A stretch of 64,000 bases of DNA from the human T2T-CHM13v2.0 reference genome, Homo sapiens: assembly GCF_009914755.1 (NCBI RefSeq), contig NC_060926.1, one strand, 5' to 3'. Under the pieces are notes generated by a model. It saw only the letters and a list, made by a program, of their open reading frames with translations. It was not told where the DNA came from and searched no databases. Positions 1-15,132 of the stretch are shown in pieces. Each line of letters opens with the position of its first letter. Position 1 is the stretch's first letter. A program made the translations under genes and the position numbers.

Positions 1-379
1 CCATGAGGCAGGCCCCATTATGCCACAGCAAAGAGCACAAAAGCACAGGCAATTATAGTCAATTCTAAAGTAGCACTGCCCAAATTTCTGCCACAAATGC
101 TGTTCTGCCATTTGCGTCTCAAGAGGAATGCCGCAAAGACAATATACCTGCTACTCTAAGTGGCTCCTCATTTTGAGAGCTTTAGAAACTGGGGCGCATC
201 ACTGGAATCCACAAAGAGAAAAGACCAATGACTTTTCTTAAATGTGTTGGTCATCTAACTCTAAGTTTGCACGTGGCAGGACCAAGTGGTGGGGTTGTCC
301 ATCAGGTAACATGCAGGCATCCCAGGCAACCCTTACTCAGAGATGCCCACCCAGGTGGTATGTTTGAAGGGTTATGGGA

Positions 380-535
380 TATGTTTATATATATATATTA
401 TATATGTTTATATATATATAAAATATATATTCATATATAATATATATAACGTTATATAATATATATAACGTTATATATAATATATATAACGTTATATATA
501 TTTATATACATAATACATAAATATACATAAATAAA
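380..535. repeat. (TA)n-rich low-complexity tract with 3 tandem TATATAACGTTATATA palindromes
   Basis: Direct reading; palindrome centres at 450/451, 469/470 and 490/491. Confidence 0.9.
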
Positions 536-1653
536 TGAACATACCTCTACCCCTTGCCTGTGCTGATGCTTGGTAACCCGATGCATTGGTATTCATGCCT
601 GCCAACTGTTTTTGGTCTCTAAATATATATACATCTGTATCTTCCTAAGAGAAAAACATTAAGACTCTAACATCTTGTGGTAAATTGCTTTTTATCAGAG
701 GTCTAAACGCTAAGAAGAGGAAAGCAGAACAATGTGTAAAATAGACTAGAGGGGTGCAAGTGTGCCCCTGTGCCCACCTCTTTCCCTCACTGACAACCAG
801 TCACCAAGAGCTGCCTGCTTCTCCTTCACATGAGCTAATCCTGCTTTCCCTGTTCCTTCCTGTGTGCTTCGCAAAGTCCTTTAGATCTCTCCTATGGATA
901 AGTGTGACACCTGCAATCTTAGATCACCAGTTAACTGCAAGCCTTGCTACTGGATTAATGTTCCTAAATGCCAGTGGGATCATACTGCTCTCCCTACCCA
1001 GAAGCCTTCAAGCTCCCCACAGCCTTCAGCCTAGAAGCCTCACCCAGTGTTGAAGGCCTCCATAACCTGGCCCTAAGCTTACTTCTCTAGTACAAACCCC
1101 CTTGCTGTCAAACCAGTTTCCTCACTGTTACCCAACAGGCCATGTCCATTCCCAGCATGGGCCTTTTAAGATTTCTTCTCCCTTTCTCAACATTCATCAG
1201 AATCCCTAAATCACTCAAAACCTACCCACAGTACTATTGTCAAGAGGCCTTCCCTGCATGCTTCAATCAATATGAAGTGATCTCTTCCTCCCAGAGCATC
1301 AGCTTTGCACTGGCCCACTCATTACAGACAGCTGTCCTGCTGGTGAGATTCTCACATGAAGCTGTCTCATCTTTTATTTAAATAGCAACCTTTTTCTGAA
1401 TGCAGGAGCCAGGTGTTATCATTTTCATACTTAGCATCTAAAATGTTGCCGTGTTGGCATCCTTGAGAAAACAGGAATATCTGTAAGTCTCACAGAAAGA
1501 TCGAAGAATCCAGGCTATCACTATTAAAAGGAAATAGACGGTGGGGTCTGAGTCCACACAGAGCTTCCTTGGTCAACCCTGCCAGCAACTTCTGGAAGAC
1601 TTCTAGCTGAGCATAGCCAGAGAACTAAATCCCACCTGCCAGCCTCCTCCTAA

Positions 1654-2108
1654 TGAAACCAGCCCAAATGTTCCATAGAACTGGTGCTAAAAGGTTTGGG
1701 GTTAAACAGAGAAATTGATCCTCTGTAAGCCTGAAACTTAAATTTGTCTTATCTGAGATCCTTCCTCAGGAACTCCACCCTCAGGCCTTCCAGATAGGAT
1801 CAAGGAACTGAAACTCACCAGATCACCACATCCAGACAACAAGATGCCAGACCCCTCATCCATTATGATTCCTGTTTACAATCTCCTCTTCCCTACTGCT
1901 CCCTAATTCCTGTTTTTCCACATGTACTTACATTTATTTCCTTCTATATAAGCCCCTAATTTTAGTTGGTTGGAGAGACGGATTTGAGACTCATCTCCTG
2001 TTCTCCTTGGCTGCAGCACCAAAATACAGCCTTCTTCCCTGTCTCAGTGATTGGCTTTCTGTGCAGTGAGCAACAGGACCTAGAGTGAAACCCTGGGTTT
2101 CAGTAACA
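1654..2108 (+). mobile_element. ERV1 solo LTR (MER66-like, MER4 group)
   Basis: TGAAACC...GTAACA termini, 4-bp TSD CTAA (1650-1653 / 2109-2112); family by recall. Confidence 0.75.
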
Positions 2109-3239
2109 CTAATGGTGCACATAGCAAAAAGAGCCCGAGCTTTAGGATGCACCCCTTCATGCTAGGCTCCACCCACTCAAAGAAGTCAGGCCTCTGGCTC
2201 ATATTTACTGAAGGGAGACAAGCCACTGAGGAGATGCAAATTCACATAAAGGTATTGAATTAAGTGTCTATACAAGCACATTTCCTTCCACATAAAGTGA
2301 TGGTCCCCTACCCCCACGCTCCCTTACTGGAGCCTCCATGGTACTTGAATCTTGGGATAGAAGACGCTCCATAGGCTCTTTTCCTTTCGTGACAAAAAAA
2401 TAATAAACTTTGCACATCAACTAAAAATTTCTCAAAGCCAAACCTCATTATGCCTAAACTCCATGAATTATTCATCTACTTCAAGTGAGGGAGATCAGAT
2501 TTAATTTTTATGTTCTGAGCGGGGCACCTTCCCTAGAATTAAACGGAAAATATCCTCATTTGTCAACTGAGCTGTTTTAAGAACAGGTTGTCATAGGCTT
2601 TCTCCATAACAGTATATCCTGAGAAACAAAGCAGGGCTCACTGATCAGCATAAGGGAAAAAATATGAAACCAGAGAGTCCTTTCCATACCCACATGGAGC
2701 TTGTTTCTAAATTAAAACCAGGCAAGAATGACACCTATACCAATACGTGCATACCCTAATAAATTAGCTGCACCCAATTATTAAGAAGGCAGCCTTAGGT
2801 CATAAAAACGATTTTGTGAAATTGATCTTAAATGAAAAATGTGTAATTACACTCAAAGCAGTTACAGGCCACTAGTCAATGAAAAATTTATATTTTCCGT
2901 GGAGTTGTATCGCTTTCTGTGAATATAAAATTAGTTCGACTGGTGGAACTTACATTACTATCAGAAGTGATTCGAGAGACAGAAACATTTTTCAGTATAT
3001 GCCTTTAAAGGATCCCACAATCTGGCCAGCTATGCGCCCAATGTGCACATTATAATTTTATTGCTTTTGGCCAAAAGCCACTGTAAGACCAAAATTCTGC
3101 GTAACATTCACAACATTTTTTAAAGCCATGAATGCATTTTTTTTCCATATTCCTTTTGTTATTCTTTCTCCTTAGGATCTGAAAGACCTAGTTTTTAGTA
3201 AAAGCAAAAATGTACTGGAGGAATGGGGACATAGAGATG

Positions 3240-4185
3240 AAAAATCATGGGATTCATCCTTGATTCATCTCTTACCTTATCCCCACACCCCACTCATCAT
3301 CAACTTCTGTAGGTTTCATCTCCAAATTTATCTCAAAACCATACACTTCTCTCCGTGTTCACTGCTGACACCCTGGCCGAAGCTCCTGTGACCTTAACCT
3401 CTTAACTGGCCTTTTCCCCTCAGCTCTTTATTTTATTTTATTGACACATAATAGATGTACATATATTCAAGGTATATGTGATAAGTCAATATAGTCATAT
3501 AATTTGTAAAGATCAAATCCATGTAGTTGGGATATCCATCCTCTTAAATATTTGTCCTTTATGCTAGAAACATTCAAATTATTATTCAAATTATTCTCTT
3601 CAAGCTACTTTGAAATAGACAATAGATTATTGTGAACTATAGCACCCTACTGCTCTACCAAACACTAGGTCTTATTTCTTCTACCAAACTCTATATTGGC
3701 ACCTGTTAATGAACTCCTCTTCATCTCCCCTTCCCTACTTTTCTTCTGCTCTTGATCCCTCCAATTCATTCTTCCCACAGTAGGCTAAGAGATCTTTTTG
3801 AAAACTCAATCAGATCCTATCACCGCTCTGCTTCAGACCTTTCAAAGGCATCTGTTACCCTTTAAATAAAACCCAAACTCCTTCTGTGCCACAAGAGGCC
3901 TTGCTTGATCCAGCCACTGGCCCCTTCCTCAATCTCTCCTCTTTCTACCCTTGCCCTCCCTCCCTCTCCATGGACCATTACACTGGTCTCCTTTCCATTC
4001 TTGAAGCTCTTCTACCTCCAGGGCCTTGTGCTTGCTAATCCTTTCCTTTAAAATGTTCTTCCCCCAACTCATGGCATCTCAGCCCCCCGGCTTATTGCCT
4101 GTAGAATCATCATTTTATTAATTTGTTACTTGTTGTGATCTGTTTTAGCCTTCAGTGAGTGCAAAACAAATGAGTGAATAAAATA
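3240..4185 (+). mobile_element. Decayed L2 3' region interrupted by an L1M fragment
   Basis: Pyrimidine-rich L2-like text ending tgagtgaataaaa. Confidence 0.55.
3428..3745 (-). mobile_element. L1MA-type 3' end
   Basis: ttttattttattgacacataatagatgtacatat... typical antisense L1MA terminus. Confidence 0.7.
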
Positions 4186-4495
4186 ACATATTTAAGAAAT
4201 GGTAAATTCATGAAGAAATATTTTCATAAATAAGCAAATGGCTTAAGGGAAGTTCAGGTTTAAGGTTACAACTTTCTGCCCAAATAGAATCTTCCCCTTT
4301 CATAGCTATACTTCTACTTTTAAATTGCACTAAAAATTACATTATGTTAGCAATTTTTTGTTTCTTATCTGCTTAAAGACGCTACTAAAGAGAAAATTTA
4401 TACTACTAATAAACACATGCAATTTTGTGGCCTCTTTTATAGTGAGCATTTCAAAATTTAAATTACACATTAATTTCATTAGTGATAGCCATTTA

Positions 4496-4912
<417 letters not shown>

Positions 4913-5268
4913 TCAAGCAATTTTCCCACAATACCTACCAACTAACTATATGTAGGTTTAGCAACTGGGGAGATACAAAGAAGTAGAAAATAGAATTGTA
5001 CCTGTAATGGATCTCTCAATCTATTTTGAAGATAAAACAAAGAGGAGAGGAAGATGAATGAAGGAAAGAGTAGGGATTCAAGAGAGAAAGAGAACATCTG
5101 GAGAGGGAGTGGTCTGGGCAGAATGGGAAGGCCTCAGATAGTCAAGGAGAGCAGGAAACATTCCAAGGAAGAGAAAAACGTGACCACAGGTACCAAACAC
5201 CCATGGAGAGCTGTAAGTAACTTAGCGCAACTGGACTAGAATTAAAACTGTAGAGCAATTGGAAGTCA

Positions 5269-5670
<402 letters not shown>

Positions 5671-5945
5671 CTAGAATATTGAATATGAAGGATTTTGGCA
5701 AATGAGTAGATTAATAGACAATTTTAGGACCTACATATTTAAGAATATGTCTGTAAATCACACAATCAAATCAGTACTCAAAATAAATGCATTGTTTTTT
5801 AGCCTTCAAGTCAACTACATATAGTTTCAAAACTTTAATTGGGGAAAATAAGAATTTTAGAAACCTGGCATGAAGCTTTTTTCACAAAGAAGGAAAGAAG
5901 TAGCCCAGAGAACACTCGAAAATCAGATTGTAAAATAATGACCAC

Positions 5946-6310
5946 TGTGGCCATTATAATGTTAGTGTGCCCCTAAAGTTTGCATGTTGAAATTCTAACC
6001 CCCAAACTGAGGGTATCAGGAGGTGGGTCCTTTGGGAAATGATTGGGTCTTGAGAGGAGAGCTCTCATGAATGGGATTAGTGCCCTTACAAAAGAGGCCT
6101 GAGAAAGAATCTTTGTCCTTTCCACCATGTGCAGACACAGCAAAAAGGTGCAATCTATGAACCAGAAAGTGGGCCCTCACAAGACACTGAATCTGCTGGT
6201 GTCTTGACCTTGGACTTTCCAGCCTCTAGAACTGCAAGAAATAAATTTCTGTTGTTTATGAGTTACCGGTTTATGGTATTTTGTTCTAGCCACTGTAACA
6301 GACTAAGACA
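5946..6310 (+). mobile_element. MaLR solo LTR (MLT1A/MSTD-like)
   Basis: ...ggactttccagcctctagaactgcaagaaataaatttctgttg...gactaagaca. Confidence 0.8.
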
Positions 6311-9300
6311 ATGACCATATATGATTGAGTTGTAAAATAAACATCCATCCATGTATATACATCATTTATTAACATGTCATTTTTTAATGTAATTTAAATT
6401 ATTAAGCTTTCAAAAAAACCCTGTGAACCTGGTTTCTCAAATATGAATGAGGAATTGGGTGACATGTTCAAGGTTACAAAAACAATGTTAACAAATAGCT
6501 AGGACAAGGACTTTCAAAATTCTAGCGACTTGCTTCAATCTCTGGACCCTTTTACAAACAGTTGCTAAAATCAGTGGTAGTTATTACATGAGCATGGAGA
6601 CAAGATTATGGTAGTATAACCATTAGAAGAACATACTAGCTAAAGATAAAGGCTAGGAACATTCATAAGGATAGGAATCCAAACCACCTGTCTGACATAG
6701 GCTCTTGGGTAGATTTACACCTGTTCCATATCTTGTAACCATCCAACTTAGTATTTTGTAACCAAAAGAAACATGTCCTTGCTAGATTATTTGTAATATG
6801 TCCCCTTAAGACATCAAGACTGCAAAATGTTAATGTTATCTCCTGTGGAATGTAACCATTAATCTCAAATATGATAATTAGTTGTGATGGGAAACTGTAT
6901 TCAATCTGGTGTCTATACCGTCACGAAAAATTCCTTCATTCCTTTGTTAGTAGGAAGAGCCGCAAGTCTGTGTGTCTGACTCATTTTCTTTAGGGCCTAG
7001 TTGAATTAAAGAAATCAGTGGCTCTGATGCCTCACTTTTCAATAATGGCACATGAAAAATTTTACTTTTTGTCAGTTCACACACACACACATAGAAAGAT
7101 AACACAGATCATCAGAGCAGAAAGTACCAGAGGGAATGAGCTAACTTCAGATACACAACTTGCACTCTTCCAGTTCAATCTCAGCTCTTTGCCCGCCCTG
7201 GTACCCTATTTGCCAGAATAAGCAGATGCAAACATATATAACATACACCCTACTTTTACAAAGAAATTGTTCTTGGAAAAAACATCCAAGTACTTTTCAA
7301 CATAGTTTATTTTAAAATACATTAAAGTGATTTTACCAGGGAAAAACACTTTGTGAAAATACAGTATATTTTATACTAAAATACTAACCTAGGTTGGGAG
7401 GTGGTAAAATAAACAGTCAAAGGAGATTTAGTGGTATCAGGACATGGTTAGGGTTGCACTAGCAACATGTTTAAATTGAAGTTGTCAGTGGAATATTCAG
7501 ACAACTTTGATCAGCTGTGCGACTCTGAGGGTTGTTGCTTTTGCTGGGAGCGCAGATTCGATGTGAAAATTCTATCTTCTGCTGCAATGTTTTTGTAAGA
7601 TGGAGACATTGGACACAGGATAACTTTTAGCTACTGTGGAGGTGGGGCGGGGATAGCGCTCTCTTGCACTGGCAAATAGGAGGCACTACATGGAACGAAG
7701 ACCGCCCCCCTCCCTTTTCCTGACAGAGCCAAGGAAGAACAATTGAAACTTGGATAAAGCACCCAAAGAAAAGCAACCTGTCAACTCCTGGACCGCTCTT
7801 CTCTGTTTCTTTGTTCTACATTCACCTCTCACTTACACATGTCAATGGAGAGAACTGGGGGATGGGGAGCTGCAGATCAAATGACTTTTTTTTGGCTTAT
7901 CTTCACGAATCCAGTAGGAATCAGACGGCAGGTTTGATGCAAAGCAACAGCAGTGGGCAGATTCTTTTACTGTCACCAGTTTATAGTTCAGAGATGACCT
8001 TCCCAAGGACACAGAGCTAGTGATCGTGGAAGCAGAGCTAGAATCTCGTCCCCTCTGGCTCTAAAGTCTGGGCTTGCTGCGTGGGCAGGAAAGAACAAAC
8101 CCATCGAAAGCTGCCACCTGCCTCCCCTCACCTTGGGCTCCCAAACTTTTCAGCGTGCCACAAACTACACAAGACATTTCATGACCTATGCTCCAGAACA
8201 CTTAACACACTATGTTGTTTTCTAAAATGGCTATGAACTTGAAAAACAAATGGAGCACGTAGTCCTTGAACATAAATTTATTTAACCTCTGCATGGCCCA
8301 GTAAAGATATTTGTTTCATGAAAACCAGAATAAGATGACATCCTTGCCAACTGATTTGAAATTGCTCCCTTCTTTCTGATAGTTTTCCTACCTTCAGGCT
8401 TTCCAATTCACAATACCCAGGTCTCCTCCCACCACCCTCAAATGTTACTTCTTTGCATCCTGCTTAACTTGGGTGCCTGTCTTACTTCTTTGAAAATGCT
8501 TGAACAGTTACTCCTCTCCTCTTGAAGGACCTACTATGCATCTTGTCAAATGGGCCGAGTGCCTTATATAGAGTGGACATTTAGTACCTTTCTGGGACTT
8601 TTCAAGTTGTATTTTTTTTCTAATTGTACTGGATCATGTGTTGTCCTCTCTCACGTAAAGGTAAGCTTTGGAAAAATTCATTCTTCTGTATCTTGTAATC
8701 CCATGTTCCCAGATACTTTCACTTCCTATCCAATACCATGTTTACCATAAATCCCCTTAACTATGAATAATGCATCTACACTCCAATCTGTCTACAGCCT
8801 CATTTGATCTGCCCTGAGGCTGTGTCAGCCCACAATATGCTTTCTGAATTATCTAAAGCATATTCATTATTGTGTAATTTATTGCCTAATCAATACAACA
8901 AACAAAAATCCAAACAGTTAATTTGAGCTTTTTCCAATAGGTATCTATAGGGTATATTAAAACATTAAATTACAAAAATAAAAATTAAAAATTGTGACTT
9001 TAGAGTTTAGCATACTTTAGTCAATTTTACTAATATACCTCATATAGTATATGCTTACCCAATGTTGGACTAACCGGAACATATTCTGTCCCAACCAGGC
9101 CCAATAATAATGTATGAGACTACATAGTCAGTTTTCTAAAAATGTGCTATGCAAGCACATGCACGGTAAATATTTTTTGAATGATCTTCATAGCTATCCT
9201 ATAATGTCCTATGAATCATATTATCTAAATCATAAGTTATATTTTAAGTATGCCTCTCATCTATCCTTCCTGAACTGTATCTTCTGGAGAGCAGGGAACA

Positions 9301-10737
9301 TCGTCTCCTAATTCTTGCTATCCCTCTCAACCACCTCTGCCATTTAATATTGCCTTGAATTCAGTCTAATGAATCCTTCTTTCTAGACAAGTGAGGGTGC
9401 AGGGGACAAGGATCAGGCCAGGTGGGAGGACCTGGGAGCCTGGGCACCTAGAGGTCTAGCCCTTCCCCATAGACTAATATTGTCAGAGGCAGCAGCATTG
9501 TGGGAAAGAGCCAAACCAAAGCTCAAACAGAGCATGCACACAAGCAACCATCCAGGGCTGGAGCCAAAGCATCTGAATGCAAAGCAGTGGGACCATCTAA
9601 GAGTTAAGGTCCTAAGGGTCCAGTGCAGAGAAACATGCCTGGAAAAATCTGCACCTGAGAAAGCCACTGCTGTGCCTTTTTACACAGTGCCAGTAGCTTT
9701 AGCTACAGAGGAAGCCAAGAAAGCCACCAACCTGACCAGGATGATTTTCCCTCATTGAATGGGATGAAAAGAGGGAAAGAAGGCAAAACCTTAGATACAA
9801 TTAACTTCTTGCTTCTATATATTATACTTTGTAATAAATAATAATGAATAATTCACATGCTTCTGCTTAGTTGGATTGGGGAAGAAAAATAAACTCCATC
9901 ACAGTTCTTTTGCCAGGTTCTCCTGGACTAAGTGGAAAGTGGAATTTCAGACGGTTGACATTATTCATGTACAAGCTTCTTGATGGACATCCTTAATGTG
10001 GTCCACAGTGGAAGAAAATGACCAAAAGTGATAAGGCCCCTCAAGCGATTCCTTTTAAGGAAATGTCTTCCGCCTGGTAGGAGGGGAGTAAGGGACCAGC
10101 AAAGCTATACCAGTTATTTAAATTCGGGCTTCCTAATAAGGAACCTCCAGTTTATGAGCTTAGGGTGGTTCCTTAGCTGACATGCATTGTCACTGGCAAC
10201 CTTGTACACTCCACTGACACCCTCAGCAGAGCTCATAGCTTACTTCATATGCAACAGCAGGGACCCAGGACTCCCAGCACTTGGGATACCCACAATATTC
10301 CCCCTAATAAGCTTAGGCCTTTCTTCAGCTTCCAAATTAGTTCCTCTAAGACACAGAGAGAAAAGATATTGAGAAGGGAGATGTTCCTGCCATTTCTTTT
10401 GCACAGGGTATAGTGATTTGGGCTTATTGCTTAAGTCATTAATTTCCCATCATTTTCCAATGAGACTCTCATTTCATTAAAGGCAATAATATTTGACAAT
10501 CTATTACTATCCCTTATGCCCTGAATTATTATTGCTATATTTTAACATAGAATATAAAAATAATATACACACTGCCAAAGATCATCAACTCAAAGTAAGC
10601 AGTTCAAGAATTTTATTATCCAATGAAATATTCTCTAGGGAGCTGTATTTCCCATCTTGGGCATTCCAGCATTCTCCAAGTGTCCAAAAGAGGGATATTA
10701 GCATGTTCTAAAGCTCATCTGCATTACGGTTATTTGA

Positions 10738-11084
<347 letters not shown>

Positions 11085-11254
11085 GTAAGACTCTTAAAGC
11101 TCCTCCAAAGCAGAGGGGAGAACATGTTTTTTTTCTGAGACCCTGATGGACTCTGCTAGATAGAGCCCTCAACTCAGGGTCTTAAACCAGCAAAGAATAA
11201 ATTAATTTTATTGTTTGGGATAGTGAGATCAGGAGAGGAGAAAAGTAAACGCAA

Positions 11255-11410
11255 CTTACTGTAGGATCTTGGGCAAGCTACTTACATTTGCTAAACCTAT
11301 TTTCCCACCTTTGAAATAGTAAGAATTATAGCACCAAATTCAAAGCACTTCCCCCAATATTTGGTACATAGTTTAAGGCTTAATAAACATTAGTTGCTAT
11401 TATTGACTTA
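11255..11410 (+). mobile_element. MIR fragment
   Basis: cttgggcaagctacttac...taataaacattagttgctattatt core. Confidence 0.6.
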
Positions 11411-12126
11411 TTATTATTTCCTTGGGAAAGCAGCACTACATGAGATTAAAAACATACATTAAGGATCAATCTTATTGAATCTTGAATACCATGTTAAGAA
11501 ATGTGGACTTCAGTTGGCAAGAAAGGAGTCAGAAAAGATTATGTTAACAGGAATGACATGATCATATCTGAGCTTTAGGAAACAAAAAATTAAATCTAGA
11601 TAGATATAAATATGGATAGAAATAAAGATTTAAAATTTTTTAATTTCCATTTTGTCCATCTCTCAAAATGGCACAGAACTATTAGCACACTTCCTTCTTG
11701 GACATAATTAACACTTTACCTTAAGTACTACAAAACGCGTATACTGCCAGTTTGTATTTTCTGATGATATAATGACAACAGCTCAACTAGGTAGTCATTA
11801 TCAGGCAGCCTTTTAATCAATAATCTCCTGTAATAGGCATTAGCATAATATTAAAGATTCTTAATAGTCAAGTGGCTGTCAGCCTTGATTTGCAGTGCAA
11901 ACCTTGAAATGCAAGTCACTTCAGCTAGAAAAGTTATCTTAGGACACCTAAATGTATAGTCTGAAGGAAAAAAACAGATTTGAAATAAATTTTTAGAATG
12001 TTAATTTAAAATATTACATGAACTGTTTTTTATAAAGAGAAATCCTTGACATTTTTTAACCTCTCAAATTGGCAAAGATTTATAACAAGATAATACCCAG
12101 CATTGGAGAGGACACAGAGAAATGAT

Positions 12127-12697
12127 TGAAACTGCCTTTGCAAAATTATGACTGAGACAGTAAAAGAGATCTAATTTAAATGACTCCATCTTGCTTCTAA
12201 CCTCCAAGCTGTCCTTGTTCATTCCTGGGTGTAGGCTGAACTAACTTTGGGAGAAATTTATAGTTTATAGTTTAAAACAAAGAAGATAACAGCCTTTTCT
12301 CAAAGCAGACCTCCTTCTTGCCTGGGAACTAGATTGCCTTTACAGGAGTAACATTAGCCACAAGTTTAGAAATTATAGTTTAGGAGGCATGTAGCTGGAG
12401 GCTACAAGATTCTGACCCTCCCTAAACTGCTCCTACGATGAGTGCTTCAGATATTTTGCAGACCCAGGACTTGATGGATCAGCTGGCACCACCCAGATCA
12501 ATAAACTTGCTCGTCTGATCTTGTGGCCCCCACCCAGGAACTGAGTAAGTGCAAAAAGACAGCTCTGACTCCCTATGATTTCATCTCTGACCTATCAGCA
12601 CTCCCTACTCACTGGCTTCCCCAATCCACCAAGTTGTCCTTAAAAACTCTGCTCCCCAAATGCTCAGGGAGACTGATTGGACTAATAATAAAACTCT
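12127..12697 (+). mobile_element. LTR8 (ERV1) solo LTR, 3'-truncated, within old L1M sequence
   Basis: TGAAACTGCCTTTGCAAAATTATGACTGAGACAG start matches recalled LTR8; match ends just after aataaaactct. Confidence 0.8.
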
Positions 12698-12905
12698 GAC
12701 ACCACCTTTGTAGAGGGTAATTTACTAATATGTATTAAAGATTTTTAGGTGTATAACATTTAGCCCAATAATTCTACTTTTTAAGAATTTTTCCTCAGTA
12801 AATAATTGTAAATAGACCATAGATTTAGCTACCAGGATGTTAATCTCAGCATTCATTCTAATAGCAAACATTTGGAATTATCTAATATTTATCTAGAAAT
12901 AATAG

Positions 12906-13527
12906 TGATACAGCTCCAATGACTGGAGGAACACTAGGGTCCTTGGTCTCGCGACAATTAGATAAACGACACGAACACGTGTGGAGCGGTTTTAAGGAGC
13001 GAAGAGTTTAATCGGCAAGAAAGAAGGAAAAAAAGCTCCCCTGTACAAAGACAGAGGGAGAGGGGCTCCAAGTGGAGAGAGAAAACCCCTGTGTGCAGCA
13101 GAAAAGTAGTTGGTTACTTTGGGAGGCTGGAGGAGGTGGTGTCTGATTTGCATAGGGCCCAGGGGATTGGTTTGACCAAGTGTGTCATTTACATAGCTGG
13201 CGAAAAACCTGGCCTTCCTACCCTAGCCTTTTAATATGCAAATGCGGATCACCATGATGTCCTGTACACATGGTATTATCTGGAGGTGGCCATGACACTT
13301 GGCACAGGTGGTGACAAGGAGAAGAGGGCAGGAATTGCCATGTTGGATGGACCCAGTTTCTAATCACTGGCATTTGCATATCAAAGCTTGCCAACCTGGC
13401 TCTTCAAGCCACCTTCCTGTTAGAAAAGAAATGTTTTGGGGGTTGCTTTTTATTAAAGGAAAATTCCACTGAGAACCTTTACACTTTCTAGCTTCCTAAA
13501 AAATATTTCTTAATAACTCCTGTATTA
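12906..13527 (-). mobile_element. LTR9-family (LTR9B-like) ERV1 solo LTR
   Basis: TG start, TSD ATAG (12902-12905 / 13528-13531), homologous to the LTRs at 17429 and 19246; subfamily by recall. Confidence 0.75.
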
Positions 13528-13531
13528 ATAG

Positions 13532-13862
13532 GATAAACAAAACTACAGCCCACAGACCAAACCTGACCCCATCACCTTTTTTCATTCAACCTGCAAGCTA
13601 ATAGTCATTTCTACATTTTTAAATGGTTGAAAGAAATCAAAAGAAAACAGTTTTGTTACTCATGAGAAGTATATGAAATTCAAATTTTAGTGTCCATAAA
13701 GAAAGTTTTACTGAAACACAGCCACTTCCTACTCATTGACATATTGTCTATGGCTGATTTCAAGATATAATAGCAGAGGTGGGTAGATGCAACAGCTTGT
13801 ATGTCCCCAAAGCCTAACATATTCACTATCTCACCTTTACATGAAAAGTTTGCCAAACTCTG
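13532..13862 (+). mobile_element. MER58B-like hAT DNA transposon
   Basis: aaactacagcccacagaccaaa...aaagttttactgaaacacagccac...aaagtttgccaaactctg. Confidence 0.75.
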
Positions 13863-14175
13863 GGTTAATTAAACCATGATCTAATCATAACATAAATTAA
13901 TGTAGCCATTCAAAATTATATAGAAGATTATTTACTACTTTGCAAGAATGTTTAATGAATTAAATGAAATAGATTATACCACAATGTATCAAGTTATGAC
14001 CACATTTTATTACTTTTAATAATATATAAAATAGGAAAAAAGATGAAGTATATGCAACAAAGTATTAATAGTTTTTATCTCTGGGTGATGAGATTGCAGG
14101 ATTTTTTTTGGTAACAACCATACTGCTTACATTTTCTAAAAGAACGTATCGTTTCATATTAATAAAATTGCGTTG

Positions 14176-14770
14176 TATCAGACAGAGTCTAAAATAGCCC
14201 CCAATTGTCTTCACCTCTTTCTAGTCACATCTTGTGTAATATCATCTCTTTGAGTGTAGTCATGACCTTTGACTTGCTCTAAACAATAATTGGATATGGC
14301 AAAGGTGACGGGTTGTTATTTCCATGATTACATTACAAAATAGTGACTTTCATCTTGCTAGCAGACTCTCTATTGCTTTCTCACCTTGTGCGCTTTAAAA
14401 AAGCAAGCAGCCACATTAGGGGCAACTATGTGGCAAGAAATGGAGTGTGACCTCAGGCCAACAGCTAAGTAAGATTGAAAGCCAACAGCCAGCAAGAAAC
14501 TGAGGCCCTCAGTCCAACAGGCCGCAAGGAACTAAATCTTGCCAACAACCATAGGAACTTGGAAGCAGGTCTTTCTTTGGTCAAGCCATCAGATGAGATC
14601 CTAGCCCTAGCCAGCACCTTGATCGCAAACTCATGACAGACCCCAAAGCAGATCTGACTAATCCATACCCAGATTCCCAATCCACAGAAAGTGTGAGAAA
14701 ATGAATGTTTGTGTACTTTAAGCCACTATATCTGTGGTAATTTGTTATGCAGCAATAGATAACTGATACA
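14176..14770 (+). mobile_element. MLT1 (E/F/G-type) MaLR LTR
   Basis: gaaactgaggccctcagtccaacag...gcagcaatagataactgataca. Confidence 0.75.
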
Positions 14771-14784
14771 AATATAAAATACTG

Positions 14785-15076
14785 GGCTGGGCGCGGTGAC
14801 TCATGCCTGTAATCCCAGCAGTTTGGGAGGCCGAGGTGAGTGGATCACCTGAGGTCAGGAGTTTGAGACCAGCCTGACCAGCATGCTGAAATCCCATCTC
14901 TACTAAAAATACAAAAATTAGCCGGCTGTGGTGGCAGGCACCTGTAATCCAAGCTACTCTAGAGGCTGAGACAGGAGAACAGCTGGAACTCAGGAGGCGG
15001 AGGATGCAGTGAGCCTATATCACGCTGCTGCACTCCAGCCTGGGCAACAAAGAGTGAAACTCCATCTCAAAAAAAA
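14785..15076 (+). mobile_element. AluS
   Basis: Full dimeric Alu. Confidence 0.95.
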
Positions 15077-15080
15077 TACA

Positions 15081-15090
<10 letters not shown>

Positions 15091-15128
<38 letters not shown>
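15091..15128. repeat. (CA)19 microsatellite in Alu tail
   Basis: Direct reading. Confidence 0.95.
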
Positions 15129-15132
<4 letters not shown>

